Source: Azolla caroliniana (taxonomy: Eukaryota; Plantae; Polypodiophyta). Taken from it: DNA of 64,000 nt. Made by a program: the position numbers and the translations under genes. Positions 20,545 through 39,292 of the stretch are shown here, one piece after another. The stretch is from positions 15,810,001-15,874,000 of the forward strand of contig JBHGNT010000003.1 in NCBI GenBank assembly GCA_043228905.1, given 5' to 3'. The notes beneath the pieces are model-generated. The model saw only the letters and a program-made list of their open reading frames with translations. It was not told the origin of the DNA and searched no databases. Each line of letters opens with the position of its first letter. Positions within the stretch are counted from its first letter, which is position 1.

Positions 20545-23303
20545 ATGGACCAAGGGAATTAACCACGAATTTTTTTCTTGCTACAGATGATTAATTAACC
20601 ACAACTTTTTCTTGAGAGTTGTTTAGTCCTATTTAGAGGAATAATATATAGATATACCCACCATTGTTGTCACCCTAGCTTTGGTTAAGTTTTGCAGGGG
20701 TATTATATTTTTTGTTTCTTCAAGTCATAATCAAACATTAGAGCCTCCTTACTTTCCATTGATTCTCACATAATTTTTCGATATTTTCTCGTTGAGCTTA
20801 TTTCGATTGGTATATAGAATAGAATGTGGTTCCCAAAGAATGCTTTGACACCAATTAATCAAGCGTGTTGAGTCGATCGGATGTATTGCTAGATACAAAT
20901 AATCCATGAACTTTGTTCTATTTAACTTGGTCATATGGTTGGGGACAATGAGAGATCATGGTGGGGACTGTTCCCCTCATCAATCTATATTGAGAGAGAT
21001 TATGATGGCGTATTGTTCCTCATCAATTTTTTATGATATGTTTGTGGAACGGTAGAAAATTGGTTGAAGTGACATTGAGATCATTGAGGGAATTGGTTAT
21101 GGAGGGGAACGACCTAATGTAAGTCCTTCAAAGAGCACATTCTAAGGTTGAAGTTAGTAGTTGATTAAGGACAAGGTGCTAACTCCTCACTCTCTAAGGT
21201 TTATAAATTTTGATGTGCCCATTGAATTTCTATATTGAAATTTGACCTTGATAGAGCTCTAATGGTGTAACAATTGAAATTGGCTCTAAAAAAACTTGAA
21301 TTATATATGCCTATCTATGATCCAACTATTGAAGATTAGCAAGATCCAATAAAATAAATTTGAATGGTGTTTGTGATAGCAGAACAAATGCGCGTGTGTT
21401 TCTAATTCATTGATGCCATGAATGCCCATGATACTAGACCAAATGCGTGTGTCTAAGTCATTGATGTATGAAATAACTTCCTCCCTTCAAAGGACACAAC
21501 ATGAAGTATGAGGATATTGGAAGGCCCCACCAAAAACATTTGTATCTATTTAATTCTCTCATTTATATGCTAGGAATAATATAAAGCCATATATATTGTT
21601 AGGATTGAGAAACTGTGATCTTCAAAAACGAAACCCTCCACAAAATTCAAATGGTGATGATGGTCATAATTAAGAGATTTTCATCAATAAATGAATTATA
21701 AAGCTAAGAACATGTGAAACGGTAATATTAGAAATCCTAAATTGCTAAATTTAGATTGTTCATTGTTATACTATTCATTGAGATTATTCAAATATTTAGA
21801 AGAGTTATAGTCCATTTTCTAGTGGATCTTTTATTGAGCATGCATGTTGGATATGGAGGATACTATACTTAAATGACATGGGTGACCAAAGTAGTTGGAG
21901 CATGCAATCACATTTGATTTACATTGAGATGAGAAAGAACTTGCTTCTCCCTCACATGATGTAGTATTTGGATGTGTAGCACATCCCCTTTAAGTTCCTT
22001 TTTATAGGATGCAAACTCTTTGCATGCTTACTAATAAGTAGGAAAACTTCACTACACACAAAAAATTCCTTATACAAGGAAGATGGATTGCATATATTAA
22101 TGTAAACAATTTGTCTATGTGTGTCTATATATACATGTCATGACTCATGCCTAACCTTCAATTATACTATTTAGCTTGATAAACCAACAATCATTGTCAT
22201 AGATCAGGGATAGTACATGAGCCTTATGATATGATACAAAATGGCTTATGCATTGGTTTGGTTAATGGAAGCACATTGATAAGAAGCGATAACGCTCCTG
22301 GCATGTAGAAAAATATCCCATTTTTTAATGGAATCAAACTTTATCGTATGCGGGGTGATAATGGAATGTTTGATATTATCGCCATTACCTTAATAAACTA
22401 TAGTATATTCGACAAGGCAACTAAGACATGTCATAACAAGAATATGACACTTCTATTTGATCATTTCTTATAAAGATAACATTTTCGAATGAACAAATTA
22501 ATGGAGAAGGATATACATTCCTCCTCCAAAAATCAAACATCTATTGCACTGTTAGCATCACCTTGTCAATGATAGTCTGATTGTTGAACCTTCTTGTCTT
22601 GTGGACATGATTGTCGTAAGATCTCAAAGTTACGTCGAGACAAGGGCATTAATACCACATGTAAAGTTCTTTTTGTGATTCCAAAGCTCCTCTTTTAAAG
22701 CTATAATCCTTCAATCAAGTCAGAAAAGTCTGTAGGGGGTGTGGTCTCCAATCTAAGAAGAATCGAGAGTTAGCCAAAACTACCGATAAAAAGAAATTTT
22801 GAGAATGGAAACAATCAACACAACACATCTCCACTGGGATGGTGGTGGTGGTGGCAAAATAGATGAGCGTGACCATGTGCTCGTTCGGTGTGATTAAGAA
22901 CCGAATGAGTAAGGTCGAAAGGATTAATAATAGATCCAAGGATAGGTAGGAGAGAAATCCATCAACAAAATGTTGGTTGTCGTTGGGTCGGGTGATTAAA
23001 TCTGGCGTATGGCCAAATGGTGTCATTTGGTTGGGCGATTAATTTGACGTAGTGGCCATGTGATGAAGAAAAAGAAATCATGATGTCCGCTAAACCTTAG
23101 ATATTGGTGAAAGTGTGGGTGGGTGTCCATCCGTCCGTCCATCCGTCCGTCCGTCTTAATGGTCTAGTCTAATGTCCGCCCGGCCCCAGTGTGAAACCAT
23201 AACACACACACACGCCCTTCTCTGCAGTCGGAGGATACCCATTTCTCTGTAGCTCTCTCTCTTTCTCTCTCTCTCTGTAGCTCTCTGCTTCTGACGCGCT
23301 GCT

Positions 23304-23321
23304 AAAACCCTAACCCTAATT
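23304..23321 (+). promoter_or_regulatory. Telo-box (AAACCCTAACCCTAA) upstream of CDC5
   Basis: Interstitial telomere-like motif about 240 bp before the ATG, in a CT-rich leader; a known plant cis-element. Confidence 0.5.
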
Positions 23322-23408
23322 CCTCTGCGTCTCAACGAAGCCCCTACCCATTCCCTTCCCTTTCTGCTTCGTCACAAACACACCCACCCTACCTAACCTT
23401 TGAATTAG

Positions 23409-28609
<5,201 letters not shown>

Positions 28610-28658
28610 AAAAGGATGGTTTTGCTGTGGCACATATCTGGACATGTGGCTATGTGCA

Positions 28659-28705
<47 letters not shown>

Positions 28706-29499
28706 AGAAGAGAGATACAGAGAGGGAAAAGAATGAGAGAGGCAGTGTTTATTGGGTTGAGCTAAAAAATCTTTAATGGTTGCAATTTCTGGCATCTATG
28801 AATTTCCTCGAGCTTTGACAAAACTATAAAAGCTTCAAAGTTGATACCTAGCATTATGCGAAAGATAGTGGGATAAACAAGATGGTATATTGATTGGAAG
28901 GATCTATCTATGATCTGATTGTCTTCTCCGCTTGTTTATTGTTGGAATGGAAAAGTCTTAATCTTCCAACTCTCACCTTTTACATCTTTGTGCCTCATAT
29001 TTTGTACATGATGTCAGCCATACGAAAGATGTTGCGGCTTCCGTTTACTGTTGAGATTTGTATGCTTATTGGTTAGGAAATTCTTTTGCTCTATAAATGG
29101 AGATGTTCTTGTTCAATATGCATATTGGTACAATATATGTAATTCTATTGTTTTGAAATTATTCTATGTATCATCTTGTTGTGTACATTGTGGACTGTAA
29201 TAATGGAGAAGTAGGCAAATATGACTAGTTGGGGGCTTGATATTATTATCATGAGTGTATGTGAGGTTTTGGTATTATTGTATTTTGGTGTACTGGCGTC
29301 CCATTTCGGTACATTTATCCTATTGTGATAATAAATGATTTCTGTGCAATGTATGGCAACCACTCATTGCTAATAGGGTGGGTATCTTCTTTGAATGGAT
29401 ATTTTCAACATAAAAGTTTGAATACCTTTGCCCCACTCAAAATAAATTTATGGTCAACTGATGAAGAAATCGAAGGTGGAGTTTAGGCAATCGAAGGAG

Positions 29500-31500
29500 A
29501 TGACTTGATGGTTCATGAAATTGCTAATTAGGTACTTAAGGATGATACAAGGAGATGGCCTTGTTTGATCATTGAGGTACTTGGTTTGGCCACTCACCCG
29601 ACTCAATTTGCTCGAGTTCATTATGAAACACATGGGTCAGCTGAAAACAGTCCACCAAATCTGCAAAGGAAAGAGTGGCATCAAATTGCTCATGGACATG
29701 TCCAAACTGGCATGATGATAGCAAACTTGGTGCCAATAGGTGGAAAGGTGTGGAGTGGTGGGGTGCAAGTTGTTAAGGGGATTGAGGATGAGAGGAGGAT
29801 TAGCCTAGTGAGGATAGATGAAGGCTTGTGATGGCCGCTCCTATGAGTCGTGATTGGTAGGATTGTCCCCATGAGTCGAATGTGGCCTTGATAGTTGGAG
29901 ATCTTGTGCATATGCTTCGTTGAAAGACATATGCACGTATAGCATGATCATCATGTGATACATCTTAAGTAGTCATACATCTTTATCAAGCTCGTCAACC
30001 CAATTGAAGAAGTTGTTTGTTAAGTACCTACCATATGGATGGAACATGACTCATGGATGATGGAGACATTGGCATTGATACGGTCAAGTGTGAGAGTAAG
30101 AGTGGGAAGACAATAGAGTCGTAATGGAGCTTTAAATCGAATGCACCCTTATGTGAAAGGTGACAATCTCTTTGAAAAATAACTATAAAACTAACTTTCA
30201 CTCTTCTCTCTCTCTCTCTCTCTCTCACCATCAATAGTGTATACTACAATCATGACCCCTTCAGCTTGCAATATTGGTGTGGAGTCAAAACTCTGTGAAT
30301 GCATAGACATGAGCTTGGTGAGAACACCGTGAGCCAACACAAGTTTTGGGTGCAAATCCCAAGGATTCCTAAGATGGACACTTGAAGCTCTTAGTGAGCT
30401 TCCCATCGGCAATGGAGGCAAACTTCGCCTACCTTTGGGATGGATCGCAAGTTGTTATGGAGGATACGATGGGCGGGCGTCATAAGAGAGAGAAAGAAGC
30501 TAGTAAATTGAGAAGTTTGGTGACTAATTTGGTGGTATTAATTAATATTTTGTTTTCTTGATTTTTTATTTTTCCTTTCATATGGGTAAATTTTGTTTTT
30601 AATAATCACCCTATTCCCAACCACAACACCATGGTTAGCTCTCTAATAATTCGGTTTCTTTTTTGTCAACTGAAAATTCATAAAATTGTTAGCATTTTTT
30701 GGTTATTTTCTTGAGCTCAATGACACTTGAACCTTCGTGACCAAGTTAACAAAACGAACGTCGGTATGCATGTCAACCCTATCCTACACACTTACCCAAA
30801 GCTCTCTATAGCCCTTCAACAAAGAACCGTCCCCACACCTAGAATGAACAAATTGGTCCCATGGTTTTGTGGGCTATGGAGACGTCTGATATCACAATGT
30901 CGATAGCTTCAAGAAAATAACGTGGGCTTATGAGCTCATCATCAATGTCGCAAGAGTGGTTGCCTCTGGGCTCCCCTTCAATGACCAGGTTAGAGTATGG
31001 TGTTGGATTCTCCTTCATGAGCCATTAGCTAAGTTTTTTTGTGTGTGAAGGGGAACTCCTAACCAACTTTGCTAGGTGAGGAATGAAATGGAATACGATT
31101 GACTTCCTAAATCTTTTACTATTAGTGTTAAGGTTCTTAACATAGTAAATAAGGAAAGCAAATAAAGGAAATGATAATACATTTGATTGATAGACAAAAG
31201 GAATGCTCCACAATGGCTATAATCACTTGCCCAAACACTTAATAATAAGACTTAAGGTTTTAGATTATGAGATATTAAAGATAATAAGATAGGCTCTTAA
31301 ATGTTGGGAATAAGCTTAAAAGATCTATTCAACTGTCATGTATTTCTTGTACAATACCATTGGGCCTTTTTACATTGAGCTATAACTCTTGCTAGTCTCT
31401 TGTCCTTATCTTTATTACTTTGTCTCTTTCCTTAACCCTACGCTTGTTCCTTGCTTTATGACCAACATCCAGTTAACAAATATATGAATAGCCTCCAAAT
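29500..31500 (-). mobile_element. Very old LINE remnants (endonuclease- and RT-like traces)
   Basis: Scattered minus-strand peptides resembling LINE endonuclease and RT motifs, with many stops. Only weakly recognisable. Confidence 0.3.
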
Positions 31501-32962
31501 TCATGTCATTAAGGCAAAGAACACATGGATACAACACTAATTAGGGAAATAAAATTTCGTTAACTTAAGATCGTTATATCGATTTCAATGTTTGGGAAAT
31601 TACAATCACTACTATAATTAATTTTGAGTTAGATTGTCTGTTGTGGATCTTGTGATATAAAAAAGATGGATTGTCTAACATTTGCAAGGAAAACCATTTG
31701 TTAAAGCATACCATGTGGTATGATAAGCTATTTATATCTCTGATGCTCAACGCACTTGATGAGTGAATGTGATTAGTGATCATGCAAGGTACAATATATA
31801 TTGCTCCCTAATGGAAGTTGTTTTCCTGCACAAGCACATTATATAAACATGTTTATGTGGACTGAATGTTTTCCAATAGATGTCAAGAAATGATGACTAG
31901 TATTCCTTGAAAGGAGTCTTCAGATTACTATATATAATCCTTGATTATGTGTGAATTGCATAAAATCTAATAAAGTGTCTTGACTTGGAATTGTGGAAAT
32001 GGTAAAACCAAGACTCATATGATGAACTAGCTAATGGAGTGCATTGTGATGGGAGCAATAAACGTGTTTAGAGAGTTTAGAAAAGCATTGATGTGACACA
32101 ATTGTTAATGATGCCATCCAAGCTCACGCCATACATGTCATTGCTTTATGTTTTCATGAATATTCCAATCCAAGCATGGAGTCTAATTAAGATGCTTTGT
32201 ATTCTATTATGCCAAGCTTATTGTTTTGATTCAAGACGCTTATTAGTCCCAAGTTTACAAAGAAATTAGTTTTACTAGGTGTTAAGAAAAGAGAAACAAA
32301 CTTTATATACGTAGTGCGGTATTATTGAAAATCAAAGGGGTATTATTAGTGTTATCTTATATGTGAGGAGTTATTTTTATATTTTTCCTTCGAACGTAAT
32401 TTTAATAGCAAAGCATTCAATGTAGGCCATTCATTAAATAGTAATGTAAGTTGTTGTTGATTGACATATGTAGTGCAATTTCCTCATATTGATAAAAAAC
32501 GTGACAATGAATTTCCTTTTGGTTGGTATCGAGAATGAAGAGAGGTGGTAAATGGGGCTCTCAATTCCTAGTATTTAGTGTTGCATAGCAATATCTACAG
32601 ATATATGCAGCACATATGTACTTGTTTAAGGTCATTGCCCACTGGAGAGTCTCATACAGCTTTGAATTTCTCTTTGCTCTATTTTGTTCTTTACCAAATT
32701 AAATCTTGATTGTTACCTATATCCTGGTAGTGAGAATTATGCTTATACAAACCAACAAAATGACACAAAATGGGTGGCGCTATCCAGATAAAAAACAAAA
32801 TAATCAGCAGAGCTGGTAGAGGAATGGGTTAAGCTTAGGGATACATATCACCTTTTCAGGTTGGAGAAGATATGAGTTTATGTTAGGCATGAAATGAATG
32901 CCCTCTAAATAAAGCCAAACATAAAATTAGTTTCCCATATAAAAATAAACCATCACATTAAG

Positions 32963-35227
32963 TTACTGCAAGCTTCGGCGGTAGATGTTATCTAACGTGA
33001 TCATAGGTGCGACTTTCTTTGGGCCTGATTCGAAACAATGCGTCGCTGCCAAGGAACCACGAATAAGATCACTATGAACCCTACATGCACTGAGCAAACA
33101 CTCCCATGAAATCCCAATATCTTCAATTGGAACCTCATGTATCATAGCCTCTGCTTCATCAAGACGCCCAGCACGTCCAAGAAGATCTATCATCGGAAAG
33201 TAATGATCTAATGTATGCTCTAGCCCATGGTCTAGCTTCATTGAGGAGAAGTAATAAACAGCTTCATCCACCAACCCCACATGTCCACATGCATTTAAGA
33301 TAGAGGTAAAAGTAATGGATCCCGGTTTGGTTCCGGCGATTTGCATTTCCTCTAATAGAATTAGGGCTTCTATTCCATGCCCATTTTGGGAAAAAGCCGC
33401 GATGAGTGCAGTCCAAGTGACAACATTGGGCTTACTTAGTTTCTTGAATACATCGTTTGCCTCTGACACACTTCCACATTTGGCATACATGTCGAGAAGG
33501 GCCGTTCCAACCATACAATCCTTCCCATAACCCTCTTTATCGATGATGGAATGGATCTCCTTGCCCTCTTCCATGCATGCAAGATTGGCGCACGCTTCAA
33601 GCACACCGCAGAAGGTTATCTTGTCGGCTTGTAAGCCTCGTAGTCTCATTCGCCAGAAAAGATCCAAAGTTTCCTTTCCATAGTCATTGATTGCATAAGC
33701 ATAGATCATTGCATTCCAGGAGACAAGATCTTTATGATGAATACGCTCAAATGCATCCTTTGCTTCAGGCACAGCATTAGTATTTCCATACAAGCTGATG
33801 AGGGCACTTCCTACTACTTCTAGATGTTCGTATCCAGCCATCACAACCAGATCATGAAGCTTTAGTCCCTCAACCATGTCTCGCAAACCAGCACAAGCAT
33901 CCACAGCACAGACGAGAGTAATTTTATCAGGCTTCAGACCTTCCTTTAGCATATGCTGGAATAAACCAAGAGCTTCAGATGCACAACCATTTTGTGAAAA
34001 TGCACTGATCATGGTATTCCAAGAAACAGCATCACGTGAGTGCATCTTCAAAAATACACTCTCGGCTATATATACCCTTTTGCACTTGCCATAAAGACTC
34101 ACCAGTGCATTCCCCACAAGAGGATCGGTACTGAGCCCCCCATACTCAATAATGCTTGCATGGATATACTCCCCATCTTGGATGGATGCAAGGCTCCCAC
34201 ATGCATCGAGAGCACATGCGAATGTAACATTGTTAGGTATAACTCCTTCGGACATCATACGTTTGAACAATATTAATGCGTCTTCATTGTAGTCATTTTG
34301 AGAAAAGATTGCTATCATCGCTGTCCAAGTGACCACATCCCGATTCGTTACTCTATGAAACACATTCAATCCACTAACTACACTCTGGCATTTTCCATAC
34401 ACATTGGTAAGGGCATTCCCGATGAATCCATCTTGCTCATATCCCATTCCAACAATAGCAGTATGTATCATATGAGCCTCTCCGAGGACCATAGGCTGGT
34501 TCCAAAGTGCGTGATTTGCTTTCACATGGCCAGCATAGTTAGAATTTGTCAAATAACTTCCTTGTACTGATGAGCTCCCACCTTTTCTCAAGTCGACCTT
34601 GTACTGACAAGCTTGAGGATCCACATCCTCGTATTCGTCGCTTGTCTCGTGAGTGACAGATGTGAGATGGACACATGCATTGAGAGCACTTACAAATGTA
34701 ATCGTGTCGGGCTGGGGCCCCTCTATGAACATGTGATGAAAAACACAAAGAGCTTTGTTGGCGCAGCCATTGTGTGAACATGATCCGATCATGAGGTTCC
34801 AAGAGACAACGTTTCGGGTCGGCATATCACAGAAGAGCTCCCAAGCTTTGTCCAAATGGCCCTTATGCCCATGAGAAATGAGGAGAAAATTCCAAGAGTA
34901 TACATTTGGAGAAGGGGAGCTGTGGAAGGCAGATGTAGCCTCTTCAACTTCCCCACACATTGCATAAAACTGGATGATCCCATTAGAAATGAAAGTGTAC
35001 AAATCATACCCAAGACTGATGATGTGGCTATGGAGGTATCTTCCATCATGCAAAGATTTCTTCTTGGCCAAACCTCTAAGGAGAGAGGTGATGCCATGGA
35101 AACTTAGGGGAAGACCACTTCCACTTCTTCTTTTGCTGCTGCTGCTGCTTCTGCTCCTTGATTCGTCTTCTCCTTCTACCTCTTCTTGTTCTGCTCTGAG
35201 GAAACAAAGATTCGTCGAACTTTGCAT
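32963..35227 (-). CDS. Intronless PLS-class pentatricopeptide repeat protein ending in an E-like motif (no DYW), 754 aa
   Basis: Repeated P-L-S triplets (DVVTWTAMIA../PNNVTFACALDAC../VGNALVSLYGKC..), then HYFPMIDLLGRAGRLDEA and SWECLLSACRVH..TLDNIY. The start codon is not certain. Confidence 0.93.
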   Translation of the reverse strand: MQSSTNLCFLRAEQEEVEGEDESRSRSSSSSKRRSGSGLPLSFHGITSLLRGLAKKKSLHDGRYLHSHIISLGYDLYTFISNGIIQFYAMCGEVEEATSAFHSSPSPNVYSWNFLLISHGHKGHLDKAWELFCDMPTRNVVSWNLMIGSCSHNGCANKALCVFHHMFIEGPQPDTITFVSALNACVHLTSVTHETSDEYEDVDPQACQYKVDLRKGGSSSVQGSYLTNSNYAGHVKANHALWNQPMVLGEAHMIHTAIVGMGYEQDGFIGNALTNVYGKCQSVVSGLNVFHRVTNRDVVTWTAMIAIFSQNDYNEDALILFKRMMSEGVIPNNVTFACALDACGSLASIQDGEYIHASIIEYGGLSTDPLVGNALVSLYGKCKRVYIAESVFLKMHSRDAVSWNTMISAFSQNGCASEALGLFQHMLKEGLKPDKITLVCAVDACAGLRDMVEGLKLHDLVVMAGYEHLEVVGSALISLYGNTNAVPEAKDAFERIHHKDLVSWNAMIYAYAINDYGKETLDLFWRMRLRGLQADKITFCGVLEACANLACMEEGKEIHSIIDKEGYGKDCMVGTALLDMYAKCGSVSEANDVFKKLSKPNVVTWTALIAAFSQNGHGIEALILLEEMQIAGTKPGSITFTSILNACGHVGLVDEAVYYFSSMKLDHGLEHTLDHYFPMIDLLGRAGRLDEAEAMIHEVPIEDIGISWECLLSACRVHSDLIRGSLAATHCFESGPKKVAPMITLDNIYRRSLQ

Positions 35228-35699
35228 GAATCCTCACTCCAGAGTCCCCCCACGCATGACTTCTCTCGCATTTTCGTTTCTGTTTCTTCTTCTTTTGCGT
35301 TTTGTTTGCTGGATTGATAGTATGTATGTATACCCACCTCATTCATTCATGGGACCAAGCACCCCAACCCCTGCTCCTCCTACTCTGCTCCTTTTTTACT
35401 CTATGTATTCGAAACATCTCTCTCTCTCTCTCTCTCTCTCATAGGACGCCTCTCAAGCTATCTCCTACTCCGATTAGGACTCTTGAGACTTATATGGACA
35501 ACTTAAAGTATCGCGACTTAGTGGTACTATTACCTCAGTACACGCTCGCAAAGAATGCGCAAGATGACACGTCGTAAGAGACGAGTATGGGAGACATCTC
35601 AATATTAGGAACTCTACCATATGCTAATGAGTATCAATTGTGCTATTGCATGGAAGAGACTACAAGAAGTAGAACCACAAACACCCATTCAGGATCCTA

Positions 35700-36127
35700 A
35701 CACTAGGCACACATATACAAAGAGACTTTACAAATTCCCGAACCGACCACCCATCCCTATGTCTTCTACACCTTGACCTACCATGGGGACATTTTTCATG
35801 ACCGCTAGGGTCACTAAGGTCATAAAGAAATTATAACATAGAAAGTCCATGGATCATACAAGATTGCAGGCTGAACACATCATATCATATATGCTCGAGA
35901 GTGCCTAGCTCCTTTTTCTCAATCTACTCTTCAATTGTGCCTTTGCGGAGGGTTTTCCACAAAAGTGGACCATGAACACAATAGCCCCATACATAAAGGA
36001 GGGAACCCCATGGCCATATGCTCACTAAATTATATGGTTCAATTATAGAAGTAGAGCTCAGGGATTAAATGGATACATTAAGTCTTCAGGCACCTGAACA
36101 ATTTAGCTTTAGACCAACATTCTATAC
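35700..36127 (+). mobile_element. Degenerate LINE RT N-terminal fragment
   Basis: Frameshifted peptides KSMDHTRLQAEHI, LLFNCAFAEGFPQKWTMNTIAP, KGGNP, QAPEQFSFRP. Ends at a copia LTR. Confidence 0.6.
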
Positions 36128-37797
36128 TATTGAGAATCAAACTCAACTTCCCTAGTGTGGGAACACACCTTAGTATACTCAAGTGTGTGAACACCCCACC
36201 TCCTAGTATATAGTAACTAGTGTGTCATAAAACTTTAAGTTCTATGACACATATTTCATAAATAGTTAAGACTCCACCTCTTTCACAAGAGGTGGTTCTA
36301 GTGCGAGAACTCAAAGAGAAGGTGACTAGATAAGCACCTTCTCCTTCTCTTTGTAATAGTTGGTTTTATTCTTGCTCCTTGTGAATACAATTTTCTTGTT
36401 TTCTGAATACACTATGTTCACACACACACACACACCTCTTTCGCTGTACATAATCTCTCCCGATTCTTTACATGGTATCAGAGCGCTTGGTAGCTTGATC
36501 CAAGTCCATCTACACATGTTGTGCCTAAGCCCATGTTCACGAAGAACCAACCGATCACTGTACCAGCAACCGCACAATTCGCATCACAGAGAAGAAGAAG
36601 TTCAACATGAATACTCAGATGGGAAGCACTCTTCCTACCGAGAAACTCAATAGAAACAACTTCGCATCTTGGGAGTACAAGATGCACCAATACCTTGTCG
36701 ATCAATGCTATTGGAGCTATGTCGAGGGAGCACAAGAAAATCAACCCAACCCGGCACATGCCGACCACCCAGCTTGGGAGCAAGCAACGAGTCGTGTGCT
36801 GTATTGCCTTGCATCATGCATTCATGATCACATGCTCGGCTACATCCGAAGGAGGCATGGGGGAACCTCAAAAAGTTATTCGCGGCCAACACAACCGCAC
36901 GAAAACTTCAACTCTACCAAGAGTTGAACAATATTCAATAGTGGGATATGTCTATCGATAGCTATACCTTGACGATCAAGGAGTTGTGCAAATCCCTCGA
37001 GTCGATCTATGTTAACCTTGATGACGATGAAATGATACAGATATGCCTGGGCGACCTAGCAACCCAGTTCGGCACAATAAGGTTGGTCGTCCTCACGAGG
37101 GAGAACCCTCCCTCCTTCGATCTCCAGTCGAAGAAAATCACGAACGAAGAGCAATGTGCAAGAAGTGTTGAATGCGGGTCTCTAATGAACGTATTCACAT
37201 TGTCTCCTTTTGTACACACTAGGTTTAGGCTATTTATGGAAATAGTGAGAAGGGCAGTTGCCCTAAGTCAATCAGTATATCAATTGATTTTGTAACCTAG
37301 TTTGGTGGTTGGTTGGAATATAGTCCATCTTGTGCCTAATCATCTCTCTTTCTTGTTGTGTCTTGTTTCTCTATTTCTGTTTCCAATTTGGCCATGGCCG
37401 ACATAACCAGGAACAACCCTACGAACATAATCTCTACTACCGGCAAGATTTTGCAAACACGCGAGGTGGAACGTCTGGAAGAAGGGGGAGTAATCATGCC
37501 GGAGCAAGCTGACAAAACAACTCTATCCAATGTGGATATTGTGGCAAATTTGGCCACTACGAGGCAGAGTGTCATAAAAAGAAGAGTGGGTCGGCCTTCA
37601 CAAGCCGACAACTCACCAACTATGCCTCCAACTATGACTACAATGATCGTGGTGGAATGTTTGTAATGAGGCACAAAGTGAACTCAATGTCGGGCTCCAA
37701 CCCGACCAACACCTCCAACTCAGAAGATGTATGGTTTGTTGACTCGGGTGCATCCAATCACATGACGCCTCATAAATATTGGTTCTGAGAGCTACGA
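36128..37797 (+). mobile_element. Truncated copia: 5' LTR (36128-36472), PBS, gag to protease start, with a partial solo LTR at 37166-37382
   Basis: LTR ends TTTACA, then TGGTATCAGAGC at 36473-36484. gag MNTQMGSTLPTEKLNRNNFASWEYKM; WFVDSGASNHM at about 37730. Confidence 0.88.
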
Positions 37798-37946
37798 ACA
37801 AGGGGGCATCGCCAAACCCCATTCTACAGTACTAAGACATTTGTTTATTGATTCGATGAACCTAAAACTTTGAGGAAATGCTTTTGGATATTTTCAAACT
37901 CTTTCCAAATGGATTTAAGGTAATACTATCACCCCCCCATAAACAA

Positions 37947-39292
37947 TGTTGAGAATCAAGCTCAATCTAACATTGTGTGGAACACACCCTTTGAGAATTA
38001 TGAGCACTCAAAGGTCAAGACTCACAACACTCTCTACACATTAACTATGTGTCATAGAATCATATTCTATGAAACATAACTAATGAGTTCCATATTCCCC
38101 ATGACTAATGAGTCTTCACATTCCTGAAGGTTCTAGAGAGAAAGTGGACATTGTAGTGAGTTAATGAAGAGAGAGGGTGACCTTATATAAAGCACCCTCC
38201 TCCTACTTCATAGAGTGTCAGTTGTGACTCCTTGTAATGCTATATTTTGTATTTGCTATTCTGCTTATTAATATACATCTTCTTCTTGAGTATTCTATTT
38301 TCCATTCTTTCATCTATCTATCTTGTGTTTTCTCTTCTCTCATCTCTTTCCTCTCACACATACACATAACACACATCTCTTCCATTGCACAAGAATCATA
38401 TCCGATTCTTTACATGGTATCAAAGTGGTTTGGTAGCTTGATCTAGCCCATCCGCGTGTGTTGTGCTCTACTCCGATGTTCAAGAAGAACCGGTTGATTG
38501 ATATCGTAGTGCCACTACATAACTCGTGTTCGAGAGAGCAGGAAAAGAAGAAAGAAAGCTTCATCGACATAATGAATACTCAAATGGGGAGCACTTTCCC
38601 TAGCGAGAAGTTAGATAGAAACAACTTTGCATCTTGGGAGTACAAGATGCACCAATACCTTGTCGGCCAAGGCTATTGGAGCTACATCAAAGAAGATATT
38701 CGCCGCCAACACGACGGCACGAAAACTTCAATTCCGCCAAGAGTTGAACAACATCTAACAAAGGGATATGTCCATCACAAGGTACACCTTGAAGTTCAAG
38801 GAGTTTTGTGACTCGCTCAGCTCAATAAGCATCAATGTGGATGATGATGAGATGGTGCAAATATGCCTCAACGACCTTACACCACGCTTCGGCGCGATGA
38901 GGACCGTCGTAGTAGCACGAGAGAATCCTCCCTCTTTCTTGGATCTTCAATCCATGTTGTTAGTTGAAGAAAACCATGTTTGAATGAGGAGCAACGCCTC
39001 GGAAGACCACATGCTCTACACACATTCCAACGGTGGAAGAGGACATGACCAACAAAGAGGCCGATTCGGCCAAGGACGAGGCAGATGAGGTCCGACTTAC
39101 GAAAACAACTTCCAATTTTGGCAACAAGATGGAAGCCATCGAGGAACCTTCGAAAGAAGGAGAGCTTTCATTGCGGTCTGAGCCGACAAAACTTGATCGA
39201 ATGCGGATATTGTGGCAAAATTGGCCACCACAAAGAAGAGTGTCGAAAAAAGAAGTGTGAGTCGGCTTCCACTAGCTGATAACTAACCAACT
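37947..39292 (+). mobile_element. Duplicate of the 5' part (LTR 37947-38414, PBS, gag) of the copia at 44413
   Basis: Same LTR, same left flank (..ATAAACAA|TGTTG) and same gag as 44413-45858. Ends abruptly after the zinc knuckle. Confidence 0.88.

Noticed and set aside
20930-23050. Intergenic region between LPD and CDC5 with faint LINE-like peptides on the minus strand
   Set aside because: Too degenerate to assign confidently by eye.
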